A DNA stretch of 45,983 nt from an uncultured Clostridia bacterium (GTDB lineage Bacteria > Bacillota > Clostridia > Tissierellales > Sedimentibacteraceae). Position 1 is the stretch's first letter. Every line of letters begins with the position of its first letter. The notes under the pieces were generated by a model, which saw nothing but the letters and a program-made list of their open reading frames with translations, was not told the origin of the DNA and did not search any database. The translations under genes and the position numbers were made by a program. Positions 31,991-42,202 of this stretch are shown here, in pieces. Location: NCBI GenBank assembly GCA_964614935.1, contig CAZTML010000001.1, forward strand, positions 1-45,983, given 5' to 3'.

Positions 31991-32042
31991 TTACAAATGC
32001 CTATTAAATATTTATCAGATCTGGTACAAGGAGGTGTTTTCG

Positions 32043-32177
32043 ATGAGAAGAACTTATCAGCCAAAAAGAAGACAAAGAAGCAGAGAGCATGGATTTTTTA
32101 AGAGAATGAGTACAAAATCCGGAAGAAATGTATTAAAGAACAGAAGGGCAAAGGGTAGAAAGAGATTGTCAGCATAA
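32043..32177 (+). CDS. rpmH: 50S ribosomal protein L34 (not in the ORF track)
   Basis: Hand translation [44 protein letters not shown]; AGGAGG RBS. Confidence 0.97.
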   Translation: MRRTYQPKRRQRSREHGFFKRMSTKSGRNVLKNRRAKGRKRLSA

Positions 32178-32217
32178 GGCCGCAAATGTGGCCTTTTATT
32201 CCATTTAGGGTAATTAA

Positions 32218-32559
32218 ATGATAATTATAAAAAAAAATGATGAGTACAAATCTGTATATAATTGCAATAATTCAATTTCAGACTATAATCTTGTACTATT
32301 TATAAAAAAGAATGATTATAACTATAACAGGTTTGGTTTTACGTCAGCAAAAAAAATAAAAAAGGCAATTTCAAGAAATATTATAAGAAGAAGACTAAAA
32401 GAAATAGTTAGATTAAATGAGTATGATTTAAAAGAAGGCTATGATATTATTTTAATGGCCAGAGTTAATGCTGTAGAATCTGATTACAAAAGTTTGGAAA
32501 AATCCTTTAAAAAACTTATAAAAAGAAAAAAGTTATTTAAGGGCAGACAAGTTGAGTAA
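32218..32559 (+). CDS. rnpA: Ribonuclease P protein component
   Basis: [25 protein letters not shown] (RNR-like motif); follows rpmH. Confidence 0.93.
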   Translation: MIIIKKNDEYKSVYNCNNSISDYNLVLFIKKNDYNYNRFGFTSAKKIKKAISRNIIRRRLKEIVRLNEYDLKEGYDIILMARVNAVESDYKSLEKSFKKLIKRKKLFKGRQVE

Positions 32560-32761
32560 GATACTAATTTTAATTATACGATTTTATCAAAAGTTTTCTT
32601 CAAGATCTGCAGTTAGAAATTGTAGATTTTACCCCACATGCTCGCAATATTTTGTTGAAGCACTACAAAAATATGGTTTTTTTAAAGGCTCATACTTAGG
32701 TATACGTAGGATATTAAGATGCCATCCTTTTAATCCGGGTGGATATGATCCTTTGAAATAG
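32552..32761 (+). CDS. yidD: Membrane protein insertion efficiency factor YidD
   Basis: [25 protein letters not shown]. Confidence 0.96.
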   Translation: MSKILILIIRFYQKFSSRSAVRNCRFYPTCSQYFVEALQKYGFFKGSYLGIRRILRCHPFNPGGYDPLK

Positions 32762-32771
32762 GAGGATACAA

Positions 32772-33545
32772 ATGTTAAACTTTTTAGCAGTGCCAATGGG
32801 TAAGCTTGTTAAATTGATATATGATTTGGTTTCTGTATTGGATTCCAAGTATTTATCTGCTTATGCTATATCCATTATTATTTCTACAATTTTATTTAAA
32901 TTAGCAGTACTACCTTTAACCTTAAAGCAAACGAAATCTACGAAAAAAATGCAAGAAATGAATCCTAAAATTCAGGAATTACAAGAAAAATACGGAAAAG
33001 ATCCTCAAACCTTGCAAAGAAAACAAATGGAGTTATACAAAGAAGCAAACTACAGTCCTTTTTCCGGATGTCTGCCTCTTTTAATACAATTTCCTATATT
33101 GATTTCATTTTTCTATGTAATTAGAGAACCTGTTAAATATGTTTTTGAAGACCAATTAGTATTTGATACCATAAATAGGGCTTTTTTATGGATTAATGAT
33201 TTAGGGTATGCAGAAAACTTTGTATTTGAAAATGGTCTTGTAAATGGTTTATCAATGGGCGGTATGTCCCTTCCTTTCTTAGGATATGCACTACCAATAT
33301 TAGCTGCCATTTCTGGGACTACTACATTTTTGACTACAAAAATGACTGCCCAGCCATCATTAAATGAACAACAAGCTTCAACTCAGAAATCTATGAATAT
33401 GATGATGCCTGTAATGATATTTATATTTTCTATACAATTTCCAGCAGGATTGGCATTATACTGGGTTATCTCAAATACTTTTCAGCTAATACAACAATAT
33501 ATTGTCTTAAATTCGTCCAAAAATCCGAAGGAGGAATTAAAATAG
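32772..33545 (+). CDS. yidC: YidC/Oxa1 membrane protein insertase
   Basis: GCLPLLIQFPIL, FLWINDL, PAGLALYWVISN. Confidence 0.95.
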   Translation: MLNFLAVPMGKLVKLIYDLVSVLDSKYLSAYAISIIISTILFKLAVLPLTLKQTKSTKKMQEMNPKIQELQEKYGKDPQTLQRKQMELYKEANYSPFSGCLPLLIQFPILISFFYVIREPVKYVFEDQLVFDTINRAFLWINDLGYAENFVFENGLVNGLSMGGMSLPFLGYALPILAAISGTTTFLTTKMTAQPSLNEQQASTQKSMNMMMPVMIFIFSIQFPAGLALYWVISNTFQLIQQYIVLNSSKNPKEELK

Positions 33546-34169
33546 ATGAAAAACGTAACGATAGAAAGAGCTACCGTTGAAGAAGCAATAGCTGCAGCAT
33601 TAAAGGAACTCCATGCCGAAAAAGAGGAAGTTGAAATCGAAGTTATTCAGGAACCATCAAAAGGGTTTTTCGGTTTAGGTAGTAAGGAAGCAAAGGTAAA
33701 AGTTACAATTACCAATGGACCGGAAGAGAGAGCAAGTAAATTTCTCGATATTTTACTTCAAAAAATGAATATAGAAGCTACTTATGAAGTCAATTATTCA
33801 GACACTAATTTAAATGTAGACATAGTAAAAGTCGGTGAAGACGATAAGGGAATAATTATAGGTAAAAGAGGTAAAAATCTAGATGAAATTCAGTTTCTCT
33901 TAAATTTAATGGTAAATAAGGGAAGAGAAAATTACGTAAGAGTAATTTTTAATGTTGAAGATTACAGGGCCAAAAGAGAAGAAACATTAAAAAGATTAGC
34001 CTTTAAAATGGCAGATAAATGTAGATACTACAAACGTAAAGTGAGACTTGAGCCAATGAATCCTTATGAAAGAAGAATAATTCATTCAACTTTACAGGAT
34101 CAAAAGGACATTATTACTTATTCAGAAGGTGAAGAACCTTACAGAAAGGTAGTTATAGACCAAAAATAA
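33546..34169 (+). CDS. jag: Jag/EloR/KhpB RNA-binding protein
   Basis: Jag-N KGFFGLG, KH IGKRGK, R3H MNPYERRIIH. Confidence 0.95.
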   Translation: MKNVTIERATVEEAIAAALKELHAEKEEVEIEVIQEPSKGFFGLGSKEAKVKVTITNGPEERASKFLDILLQKMNIEATYEVNYSDTNLNVDIVKVGEDDKGIIIGKRGKNLDEIQFLLNLMVNKGRENYVRVIFNVEDYRAKREETLKRLAFKMADKCRYYKRKVRLEPMNPYERRIIHSTLQDQKDIITYSEGEEPYRKVVIDQK

Positions 34170-34176
34170 CTAAAGA

Positions 34177-34224
34177 GGACATTCCTTCAACCCAGTAGAA
34201 ACTAACACGATTGAAGGTGTGTCC
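34177..34224. repeat. Family B REP-like hairpin
   Basis: GGACATTCCTTCAA ... TTGAAGGTGTGTCC (opposite orientation to 31891). Confidence 0.75.
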
Positions 34225-34234
34225 TATATAACTT

Positions 34235-34259
34235 ATAACCCCTATAAAGGGTTATTTTT
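34235..34259 (+). terminator. Intrinsic terminator after jag
   Basis: ATAACCCCT-ATAA-AGGGGTTAT followed by a T-tract. Confidence 0.75.
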
Positions 34260-34344
34260 ATATATGAAGAATGAATAATACTTATAGACTGTTAAATTAT
34301 TATGTACTTTTATATAGAATTATTGTAAAATATATATACTATTT

Positions 34345-34372
34345 GAGACCCTTTACTAGACGCAGGATAACA
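34345..34372. repeat. Degenerate family A half-unit
   Basis: GAGACCCTTTACTAGACGCAGGATAACA resembles GAGATCCTTCGCTACGCTCAGGATGACA. Confidence 0.45.
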
Positions 34373-34427
34373 TATTCGATTATCCCTGTGGAATAAAAAG
34401 TGAGAATTAGAAAGAAACGGTGGTTAT

Positions 34428-35801
34428 ATGTTTAGCGATACAATTGCTGCTCTTGCAACTTTCCCGGGCAATGCAGGAATTAATATTATAAGAATAAGCG
34501 GGACTAATGCATTAAATATTGCATTAGAAATTTTTGTTGACAAAAATAAAGAAGAAAAAACAGAATTGAAGCCAAGGTATCTTCATTATGGATACATTGT
34601 GGATAAAGACAACAAGGTAATAGATGAAGTTTTAATATCATACATGAAAACACCTAATACCTATACAAAGGAAGATATTATCGAAATTAACTGTCATGGC
34701 GGAATTATTTCGGCAAAAAAGATATTGGATACAATATTAACTTATGATTGCAGACCTGCGGAAAGAGGAGAGTTTACTAAGAGAGCGTTTTTGAACGGGA
34801 GAATAGATTTAACTCAAGCTGAAGCAGTAATTGATATAATAAATTCCAAGACTGATTCTAGTCATGAAATTTCTGTAAATCATCTGGAAGGTAGGCTTTC
34901 AAAACAGATAAATGCAGTAATAGATGAAATAATGGATCTTTTAGCAAATATCCAGGTAAATATTGATTTTCCTGAATATGATGAGGATGAAATAACTATA
35001 GAAAAAATAAAAAACCTCTGTGACAGTTTGTCAGAAGAACTAGATAAACTTATAAAAACTGCAGATACAGGGAAAATATTTAAAGAAGGTATAAAAACAG
35101 TTATACTTGGAAAACCAAATGTAGGTAAGTCTTCACTTATGAATTTTCTCTTGAATGAAAATCGTGCCATAGTTACAGAAATTCCGGGAACAACAAGGGA
35201 TACCATAGAAGAGTACGTGAATATAAAGGGGCTACCTTTAAGGATAATCGATACTGCCGGTATAAGGGAAACTGATGATAAAGTTGAAAAAATAGGTGTA
35301 GAGAAAGCCTTGGAAAAAGTTTCAGAAGCAGATTTAGTAATGATGATTTTTGATTCGTCCAGAGAACTTGAAAAAGAGGATGAAAAAATCATAGATTATA
35401 TTAAAAATAAGAGAGTTATATATATAAGAAATAAAACTGATTTAGAAAACAAACTAGATTTATCTTCTTATAAAGAAATAGAAAAGGGCCTTATTAATAT
35501 ATCCATTATTCAAAATCAGGGACTGGATGATATTATAGACAAATTAAATGTCTTGTTTTTTGAAGGGCATTTAGATGTAAGTAGTGAACTAATTATAAAC
35601 AATGCAAGACATAAAAATTTATTAATAAAAGCAAAAAACTCCATAGATGAAGTTTTAATATCAATTGGAAACAATATGACTATTGACTTTATTGAAATAG
35701 ATTTGAAGGAAGCAATGGAGCAATTAGGATTAATAGTTGGAAAATCTGTAAGTGATGATTTAATAGATAAAATATTTGATGAATTTTGCATAGGAAAGTA
35801 G
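34428..35801 (+). CDS. mnmE: tRNA modification GTPase MnmE/TrmE
   Basis: [23 protein letters not shown]-terminal FCIGK. Confidence 0.98.
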   Translation: MFSDTIAALATFPGNAGINIIRISGTNALNIALEIFVDKNKEEKTELKPRYLHYGYIVDKDNKVIDEVLISYMKTPNTYTKEDIIEINCHGGIISAKKILDTILTYDCRPAERGEFTKRAFLNGRIDLTQAEAVIDIINSKTDSSHEISVNHLEGRLSKQINAVIDEIMDLLANIQVNIDFPEYDEDEITIEKIKNLCDSLSEELDKLIKTADTGKIFKEGIKTVILGKPNVGKSSLMNFLLNENRAIVTEIPGTTRDTIEEYVNIKGLPLRIIDTAGIRETDDKVEKIGVEKALEKVSEADLVMMIFDSSRELEKEDEKIIDYIKNKRVIYIRNKTDLENKLDLSSYKEIEKGLINISIIQNQGLDDIIDKLNVLFFEGHLDVSSELIINNARHKNLLIKAKNSIDEVLISIGNNMTIDFIEIDLKEAMEQLGLIVGKSVSDDLIDKIFDEFCIGK

Positions 35802-35815
35802 TAGGAAGGAACAAT

Positions 35816-37705
35816 ATGGAAAACAAAGTAAGGGAATTTCTTGAAGAGACGATTGATGTTATAGTAATAGGTGCCGGTCATGCAGGATGCGAAGCAGCCT
35901 TAGCAACTGCAAGGCTTGGTTTAAAAACCGTTATGCTAACTTTAAGTCTTGATGCCATAGCAATGATGCCCTGCAATCCAAACATAGGTGGTACTGCAAA
36001 AGGTCACCTGGTGAGGGAAATAGATGCCCTCGGTGGAGAAATGGGTTTAAATATAGATAAATCTATGATACAATGTAAGATGTTGAATAGGTCAAAGGGA
36101 CCTGCAGTACATTCATTAAGAGCCCAGGCCGATAAAACTAAGTATCATGTAGAAATGAAAAAAGTTATAGAAAACCAGGATAATTTACGAGTAATTCAAA
36201 CAGAAGCAACAAAGATAAATTTAAATGATGATGGTTCTTTTAATGTATATACAAAACTTGGAGCATATTACAGGGCAAAAGCAGTAATAGTTACAACAGG
36301 TACTTATTTAAAGGGAAGAATTTATATTGGTGAATTAAATTATTCTTCAGGACCTGATGGCTTGGCCCCTGCTAATGAATTATCCGGGTCATTAATGGAC
36401 TTGGGAATTGAATTGAGAAAATTTAAAACAGGTTCACCTGCAAGAATCCATAAGGATTCTATCAATTATGAAAAAATGTCAGAACAAACAGGTGATGACG
36501 AAATTATACCATTTTCATTTATGAATGATGAGATTAATATTGACCAAGTGCCTTGCTACATTACCTATACAACAGGTGATACCCATGAATTAATAAGGAA
36601 TAATTTAGATAGGTCACCTATGTATTCCGGTGTTATTAAAAGTATAGGACCTAGATACTGCCCTTCCTTAGAAGATAAGGTTGTTAAGTTTGCAGACAAA
36701 GACAGACACCAGCTATTTGTTGAACCGGAAGGCAGGGATACAAAGGAAATGTATATTCAGGGTATGTCAACTTCACTCCCTTACGAGGTACAAATAAAAA
36801 TGTACAGATCAATGATTGGGCTTGAAAATGCTGAAATAATGAGACCTGCCTATGCCATTGAATACGACTGTATCGACCCGACTCAATTAAAAAACAGCCT
36901 TGAATTAATAAGTATTAAGAATTTATTTTTTGCAGGCCAAGTAAATGGTTCTTCTGGTTATGAAGAAGCTGCTGCTCAAGGTTTGATGGCAGGAATAAAT
37001 GTATATTTAAATTTAAATAATAAAGAACCTTTTATATTAGACCGGTCAGAGGCCTACATAGGTGTCTTGATTGATGATTTAGTTACTAAGGGGACTATGG
37101 AACCCTATAGGATGATGACTTCAAGAGCTGAATACAGGCTACTTTTAAGACAAGACAATGCAGATGAAAGACTTACAGATAAAGGATACCAAATAGGCCT
37201 TGTTACAGAAGAAAGATACAAAAGGTTTAAAGAAAAACAAGAAAAAATTCAAAATGAAATAAATAGATTAAAAAATCATAATTTAACACCTAAATCTGAA
37301 GTAAATGAAATCTTAGAAGAAATGGGAAGTGTTCCTTTAAAAATACCAACAAGTCTTCACGATTTATTTAAAAGACCTGAATTAAATTATGACAATACAC
37401 TAGCCTTGGATGAAAATAGGCCTATACTTAAGAAAGAAACAAAGGATTATGTTGAAACTCTTATAAAGTACGAAGGTTACATCCAAAAGCAAATCAAGCA
37501 AGTTGAACAGTATAAAAAACTTGAGAACAAAAAGATACCTGCTAATATAAATTATGAAGATGTGGGAAGTCTGAGAATAGAAGCAAGACAAAAACTAAGT
37601 AGAATCAGGCCTGATTCCATAGGCCAAGCTTCAAGAATCTCAGGAGTTTCACCTTCGGATATAAATGTACTTTTAATTTATTTAATGACAAATAACCAGA
37701 AATAA
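35816..37705 (+). CDS. mnmG: tRNA modification enzyme MnmG/GidA
   Basis: [32 protein letters not shown]; start moved to ATG35816. Confidence 0.98.
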   Translation: MENKVREFLEETIDVIVIGAGHAGCEAALATARLGLKTVMLTLSLDAIAMMPCNPNIGGTAKGHLVREIDALGGEMGLNIDKSMIQCKMLNRSKGPAVHSLRAQADKTKYHVEMKKVIENQDNLRVIQTEATKINLNDDGSFNVYTKLGAYYRAKAVIVTTGTYLKGRIYIGELNYSSGPDGLAPANELSGSLMDLGIELRKFKTGSPARIHKDSINYEKMSEQTGDDEIIPFSFMNDEINIDQVPCYITYTTGDTHELIRNNLDRSPMYSGVIKSIGPRYCPSLEDKVVKFADKDRHQLFVEPEGRDTKEMYIQGMSTSLPYEVQIKMYRSMIGLENAEIMRPAYAIEYDCIDPTQLKNSLELISIKNLFFAGQVNGSSGYEEAAAQGLMAGINVYLNLNNKEPFILDRSEAYIGVLIDDLVTKGTMEPYRMMTSRAEYRLLLRQDNADERLTDKGYQIGLVTEERYKRFKEKQEKIQNEINRLKNHNLTPKSEVNEILEEMGSVPLKIPTSLHDLFKRPELNYDNTLALDENRPILKKETKDYVETLIKYEGYIQKQIKQVEQYKKLENKKIPANINYEDVGSLRIEARQKLSRIRPDSIGQASRISGVSPSDINVLLIYLMTNNQK

Positions 37706-37717
37706 AAGGCAAGAGTT

Positions 37718-37906
37718 CAGACCCAACAGGGTCTGTCATCCTGAGCGATAGCGGAGGATCTTATATCTCTAAATTCTGAGATTCCACACAGCGAATGACC
37801 TACCAACCATTTTTCAGAAAAAAGACTCTGAAAAATGGGGTTAGGGCATCTTTCACCTGTGGTTCAGAATGACACGCTGCTTCGCAGCTTACTCATGGCA
37901 ATGACG
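37718..37906. repeat. Composite nested REP cluster (CAGACCC hairpin, family A dimer interrupted by family D, extension)
   Basis: 37866-37904 is a near copy of the reverse complement of 28777-28816; 37793-37851 matches the termini of 13500-13558. Confidence 0.8.
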
Positions 37907-37933
37907 CGGACTAAGAAATAAAAGGAGACTATC

Positions 37934-38647
37934 TTGATAAAAATCATGGAAGAGGGTTTTAATAAGCTTAATATACCCTATAACGAAGAAATCGAAAAAA
38001 AGTTTATATTGTACAAAGATCTGTTAAAAGAATGGAATCAAAAGATTAATATTACTTCCATAGAAGATGATGAGGAAATATACTTAAAGCACTTTATAGA
38101 CAGCCTCCTTTTGTTGAATAAAGATAATTTAAATGAAAATAAATCAATAATTGATGTAGGTACAGGAGGGGGTTTCCCTGGACTTCCTCTTAAAATTGTT
38201 AACGACTCTTATAAAGTTACACTATTAGACAGTTTAAAAAAGAGAATTGATTTCTTATCTGAAGTGTCAAAGGCTTTAAAGATAAGTGGTGTAGAACTTA
38301 TTCACGGCAGGGCTGAAGATTTCGGTCAAAATAAGGAATACAGAGAGAAATATGACATATGTGTTTCCAGAGCCGTAGCCCCCCTTAATATTTTAAGTGA
38401 GTATTGTATGCCTTTCGTAAAGGTAGGAGGTTACTTTGCGTCTTACAAATCCGACAATATTTCCCAGGAAATTTTAGATTCCGACAATGCAATTAAAAAA
38501 CTTGGCGGAAAAATTAAAGAAATTAAAGAAATTAATCTTCCCAGTACCAATATCATCAGAAAAATTGTTATAATAGAGAAAATAGAAGCAACAAATAAGA
38601 AGTATCCGAGAAAAGCAGGAAGGCCCAGCAAGGATCCAATAAAATAA
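37934..38647 (+). CDS. rsmG: 16S rRNA m7G527 methyltransferase RsmG/GidB
   Basis: KHFIDS, DVGTGGGFPG, GRAED, SRAVA, YPRKAG. Confidence 0.96.
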   Translation: MIKIMEEGFNKLNIPYNEEIEKKFILYKDLLKEWNQKINITSIEDDEEIYLKHFIDSLLLLNKDNLNENKSIIDVGTGGGFPGLPLKIVNDSYKVTLLDSLKKRIDFLSEVSKALKISGVELIHGRAEDFGQNKEYREKYDICVSRAVAPLNILSEYCMPFVKVGGYFASYKSDNISQEILDSDNAIKKLGGKIKEIKEINLPSTNIIRKIVIIEKIEATNKKYPRKAGRPSKDPIK

Positions 38648-38656
38648 GGGGGAGAT

Positions 38657-39448
38657 ATGTTGAACGACACTATTGTACATATTGATGTTAACAAAATAAT
38701 TCCAAATAAGCATCAACCAAGACAGATTTTCGATGAAAAATCACTTGAAGAATTAAGCCAGTCCATTGAATCATATGGTATTATTCAACCTATTACAGTG
38801 AGAAAAATCTATGATGATATTTATGAGATTATAGCAGGTGAACGGCGCTTAAAAGCAGTAAAAATGCTAAAGAAGGATACAATACCTGCAGTGGTTATCG
38901 ATGTTAAGGAAGAAGATTCTGCTGCTATGTCTTTGATTGAAAATCTCCAAAGAGAAGACTTAGATTTTATAGAAGAAGCAATAGCATACCAAAGACTTAT
39001 CCATGAATTTGGTATAAATCAAACTCAATTGGCAGGAAAACTAGGCAAATCTCAATCAGCTATTGCAAATAAATTGAGAATACTAAAGCTTCCTGATACT
39101 GTCAAAGAAAAATTAAGAGATGGAAATTTAACTGAGCGACACGGCAGAGCACTCTTAAAAATAGAAGATGAAGAAATTCTTCTAAACATTGTTGATAAAG
39201 TAATTAATAAGGAATTAAATGTAAGTGAAACTGAGAAACTTGTCAATTCAATAGCTGAAGATTTAAATGAAAAGAAAAAAAGGGACAGGCGTTATGTCAG
39301 GAATTTTATAAATTATAAAATATACATAAATACAATAAAAAATGCTTATGATGAAATAGTTAAAACAGGTATAGATGCTGAATTTGAACAGAATGAATCA
39401 GATGAATACATTGAAATAAAGGTGAAAATTCCGAAAAAAAGTGTGTAG
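38657..39448 (+). CDS. noc: Nucleoid occlusion protein (ParB-like)
   Basis: QPR, IAGERR, ENLQREDL, KSQSAIANKLR; located between rsmG and soj. Confidence 0.88.
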   Translation: MLNDTIVHIDVNKIIPNKHQPRQIFDEKSLEELSQSIESYGIIQPITVRKIYDDIYEIIAGERRLKAVKMLKKDTIPAVVIDVKEEDSAAMSLIENLQREDLDFIEEAIAYQRLIHEFGINQTQLAGKLGKSQSAIANKLRILKLPDTVKEKLRDGNLTERHGRALLKIEDEEILLNIVDKVINKELNVSETEKLVNSIAEDLNEKKKRDRRYVRNFINYKIYINTIKNAYDEIVKTGIDAEFEQNESDEYIEIKVKIPKKSV

Positions 39449-39459
39449 AAGGTGATGAG

Positions 39460-40221
39460 ATGGCTAAGGTAATAAGTATTTTCAATCAAAAAGGCGGTGT
39501 AGGGAAGACAACAACCAATGTAAATTTGTGTGCAGCATTGGCTTTGAAGGGGAAGAAGGTACTTAGTATAGATATTGACCCCCAAGGTAACTCAACTAGC
39601 GGTTTTGGTTTTGACAAAAATCAGTTAGAATACACAATTTACAATATATTGATTGAAGATTACGACATAAATAAAGTTATATTTGAGACAGAAATAGAAA
39701 ACTTAGACATCATTCCCGCAAATATTCAATTGGCAGGAGCAGAAATAGAACTTACAAATACAAAATATCGTGAAAGAACATTAAGGGAAAAAGTAAACTT
39801 AATTGAGAAGAATTATGATTTTATTATTCTAGATTGTCCACCATCACTAGGGCTCTTGTCTTTAAATGCCCTTACTGCGTCTACTACGGTTTTGATACCC
39901 ATACAGTGCGAATACTATTCCTTAGAAGGAGTAGGCCAGCTTATAGATACGGTTAAGCTTGTAAGACAAAATTTAAATCCAAAGCTTGAAATTGAAGGGG
40001 TTCTACTGAATATGTTTGATGGTAGAACTAATCTTTCAGTGCAAGTTGTGGAAGAAGTTAAGAAATATTTTAAGGACAAGGTATATAGAACTGTAATACC
40101 CAGAAGTGTGAGGCTTGCAGAGGCTCCAAGTTTTGGACAGCCTATAATGCTCTATGACGATAAGTCTAAAGGAAGCATTGCCTACACTAAGTTATCGGAA
40201 GAAATAATAAAAAACAATTAA
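39460..40221 (+). CDS. soj: ParA/Soj partitioning ATPase
   Basis: NQKGGVGKTT, DPQGN, DCPPSLG, LAEAPSFG. Confidence 0.96.
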   Translation: MAKVISIFNQKGGVGKTTTNVNLCAALALKGKKVLSIDIDPQGNSTSGFGFDKNQLEYTIYNILIEDYDINKVIFETEIENLDIIPANIQLAGAEIELTNTKYRERTLREKVNLIEKNYDFIILDCPPSLGLLSLNALTASTTVLIPIQCEYYSLEGVGQLIDTVKLVRQNLNPKLEIEGVLLNMFDGRTNLSVQVVEEVKKYFKDKVYRTVIPRSVRLAEAPSFGQPIMLYDDKSKGSIAYTKLSEEIIKNN

Positions 40222-40231
40222 GGAGGAGAAT

Positions 40232-41077
40232 ATGGCTACAAAGAGAAAGGCATTAGGAAAAGGCTTATCAGCTTTAATACCAGAAAACCTTGAAAAAGAC
40301 GACTACGAAAGAATCCAAGAAATTAATATAGACCTTATTTCTCCAAATCCAAATCAGCCTCGTAAGATTTTTGAGCAGGATAAGTTAGATGAACTTACGG
40401 AATCTATAAAAAAATATGGTGTAATTCAGCCTATAATTTTAAGAAAAGAAGGGGAACTTTACACTATTATAGCAGGGGAAAGAAGATGGAGGGCCTGTAA
40501 AAATGCCAACATTAAAACTATTCCCAGTATAGTAAGAGATATTGAAAACAAAAATGTTTCTGAAATAGCGTTGATTGAGAATATTCAAAGAGAAGATTTA
40601 AATCCTATAGATGAAGCAAATGCCTATGAATTTATTATGGAAAGATACGGCATAACACAGGAAGACGTATCAAATATAGTGGGCAAATCAAGAGTATATG
40701 TAACTAATATCATTAGACTCAACAACTTAGATGATTATGTAAAAGATAAGATTGTAAAAAACCAAATTACAGCCGGCCATGGACGAGCTATTTTAAGCTT
40801 AGATAAAGAAAAACAAAAATCCTTGACGGATATAATAATAAGAGATTCTTTAAGTGTAAGAGATGTAGAAAAACTTGTACGTTCTACAAAGAAACCAAAA
40901 CGTAAAACAAAGCCAGAAAAAGATAAATACATAGTACAGATAGAAGAAATGCTGACAGACAGATTCTCTTCAAAGGTAAATATAAAGTCTAATAAGAATA
41001 AAGGTAAAATAGAAATAGAATATACCAACAATGATGATTTAAATAGAATATTAGATTTATTAAAAATAGAAGATTAA
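40232..41077 (+). CDS. spo0J: ParB/Spo0J partitioning protein
   Basis: ALGKGLSALI, IAGERRWRA, ENIQREDL, GHGRAIL. Confidence 0.96.
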   Translation: MATKRKALGKGLSALIPENLEKDDYERIQEINIDLISPNPNQPRKIFEQDKLDELTESIKKYGVIQPIILRKEGELYTIIAGERRWRACKNANIKTIPSIVRDIENKNVSEIALIENIQREDLNPIDEANAYEFIMERYGITQEDVSNIVGKSRVYVTNIIRLNNLDDYVKDKIVKNQITAGHGRAILSLDKEKQKSLTDIIIRDSLSVRDVEKLVRSTKKPKRKTKPEKDKYIVQIEEMLTDRFSSKVNIKSNKNKGKIEIEYTNNDDLNRILDLLKIED

Positions 41078-41108
41078 TCATTTTCATATGATTAATCTTC
41101 TATTTTTT
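41064..41108 (+). terminator. Intrinsic terminator overlapping the spo0J stop
   Basis: AAATAGAAGATTAATCAT / ATGATTAATCTTCTATTT plus T-tract. Confidence 0.75.
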
Positions 41109-41247
41109 GAAATGTTGAATATAATTTCTTGTAATCTTTAATAATATTAATTACAGTTCGTAAAGCCAAAAAAAGGTTATTAAAACTTAACATTAGTAAG
41201 TCTTTATTTACATCCCTATTCTTTTTCACTATTATCAACGATAGTGA

Positions 41248-41276
41248 TTGACATATAATTATCAAGAATATATAAT
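41248..41276 (+). promoter_or_regulatory. Consensus SigA promoter of the hydrogenase operon
   Basis: TTGACA(41248)-17bp-TATAAT(41271). Confidence 0.8.
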
Positions 41277-41314
41277 GAAGAAAAAATATTAAGGACAATG
41301 AGGAGGTTATTATT

Positions 41315-41803
41315 TTGACTAAGGTACTGGATATAAAGGCGAATGAAAAGCATTTTATTGAGCTGAAAGACTATATTGGTTCAATAAGGGGTCATCAAGG
41401 ATCACTTATGCAAACGTTACACAGGGCTCAAGAAATTTTCGGATATTTGCCTATAGAAGTTCAAAAATTTATTTCTTCCGAATTAGATGTTCCTTTAGCT
41501 GAAGTTTATGGCGTAACGACATTTTACACACAATTTGCCATCGAACCTAAGGGGAAACATAAGATCGGAGTATGCCTTGGCACGGCATGTTATGTAAAAA
41601 GTGCCCAGCTGATTATGGACAAATTAACAAAAGAGTTGGAAATTAAAGTAGGTGAAACAACACCTGATAATTTGTTTACTCTTGAAGCTACAAGGTGTTT
41701 AGGTTGTTGTGGACTTGCTCCAGTAATAATGATAGATCAGGATGTTTACGGTAAATTGGAAGCGAAAAAAATACCTGATATATTGGCAAAATACAAGGAT
41801 TAG
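41315..41803 (+). CDS. hydC: [FeFe]-hydrogenase NuoE-like subunit (HydC/HndA)
   Basis: CLGTACYV ... CLGCCGLAP [2Fe-2S] motif; TTG start after GAGGAGG. Confidence 0.9.
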   Translation: MTKVLDIKANEKHFIELKDYIGSIRGHQGSLMQTLHRAQEIFGYLPIEVQKFISSELDVPLAEVYGVTTFYTQFAIEPKGKHKIGVCLGTACYVKSAQLIMDKLTKELEIKVGETTPDNLFTLEATRCLGCCGLAPVIMIDQDVYGKLEAKKIPDILAKYKD

Positions 41804-41815
41804 GAGGGTATTATT

Positions 41816-42181
41816 ATGAAATCTTTGGAAGAGTTAAAAAAGTTAAGAGATGAATCTATTAAAAATGTAGAAATGAGAAATACCCAAAAGGACGTGCGTG
41901 TTGTAGTTGGTATGGCTACTTGTGGTATATCTGCAGGAGCGAGACCTGTTCTTTCTGCTTTTGTTGAAGAAGTAGCAAAAAGAAATTTAAACAATGTTTC
42001 CGTTGTGCAAACAGGTTGTATAGGAATGTGTACTTTAGAGCCAATAGTAGAAATATCTAGTCCAGATAAGGAAAAGGTTACCTATATACATGTTGATCCT
42101 GAAAAAGTAAAAAGAATTGTATCTGAACATTTGGTTAATAACAGGGTTGTTTTTGAATATACAATCGGCTCAGACGAATAA
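41816..42181 (+). CDS. hydD: Thioredoxin-like [2Fe-2S] ferredoxin subunit (HydD/HndB)
   Basis: VGMATCGISAGA, TGCIGMCTLEP. Confidence 0.85.
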   Translation: MKSLEELKKLRDESIKNVEMRNTQKDVRVVVGMATCGISAGARPVLSAFVEEVAKRNLNNVSVVQTGCIGMCTLEPIVEISSPDKEKVTYIHVDPEKVKRIVSEHLVNNRVVFEYTIGSDE

Positions 42182-42202
42182 GAGTAGAAAGTGGGGATGG
42201 TT

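Noticed and set aside
34459-34472. TTTCCCGGGCAA resembling a Noc-binding site
   Set aside because: Imperfect single match inside mnmE coding sequence; not distinguishable from chance
41092-41298. 68-aa minus-strand ORF ending in KIED*, the same tail as Spo0J
   Set aside because: The shared tail is simply the other arm of the terminator hairpin; the ORF runs antisense through the hydrogenase promoter and has no family features
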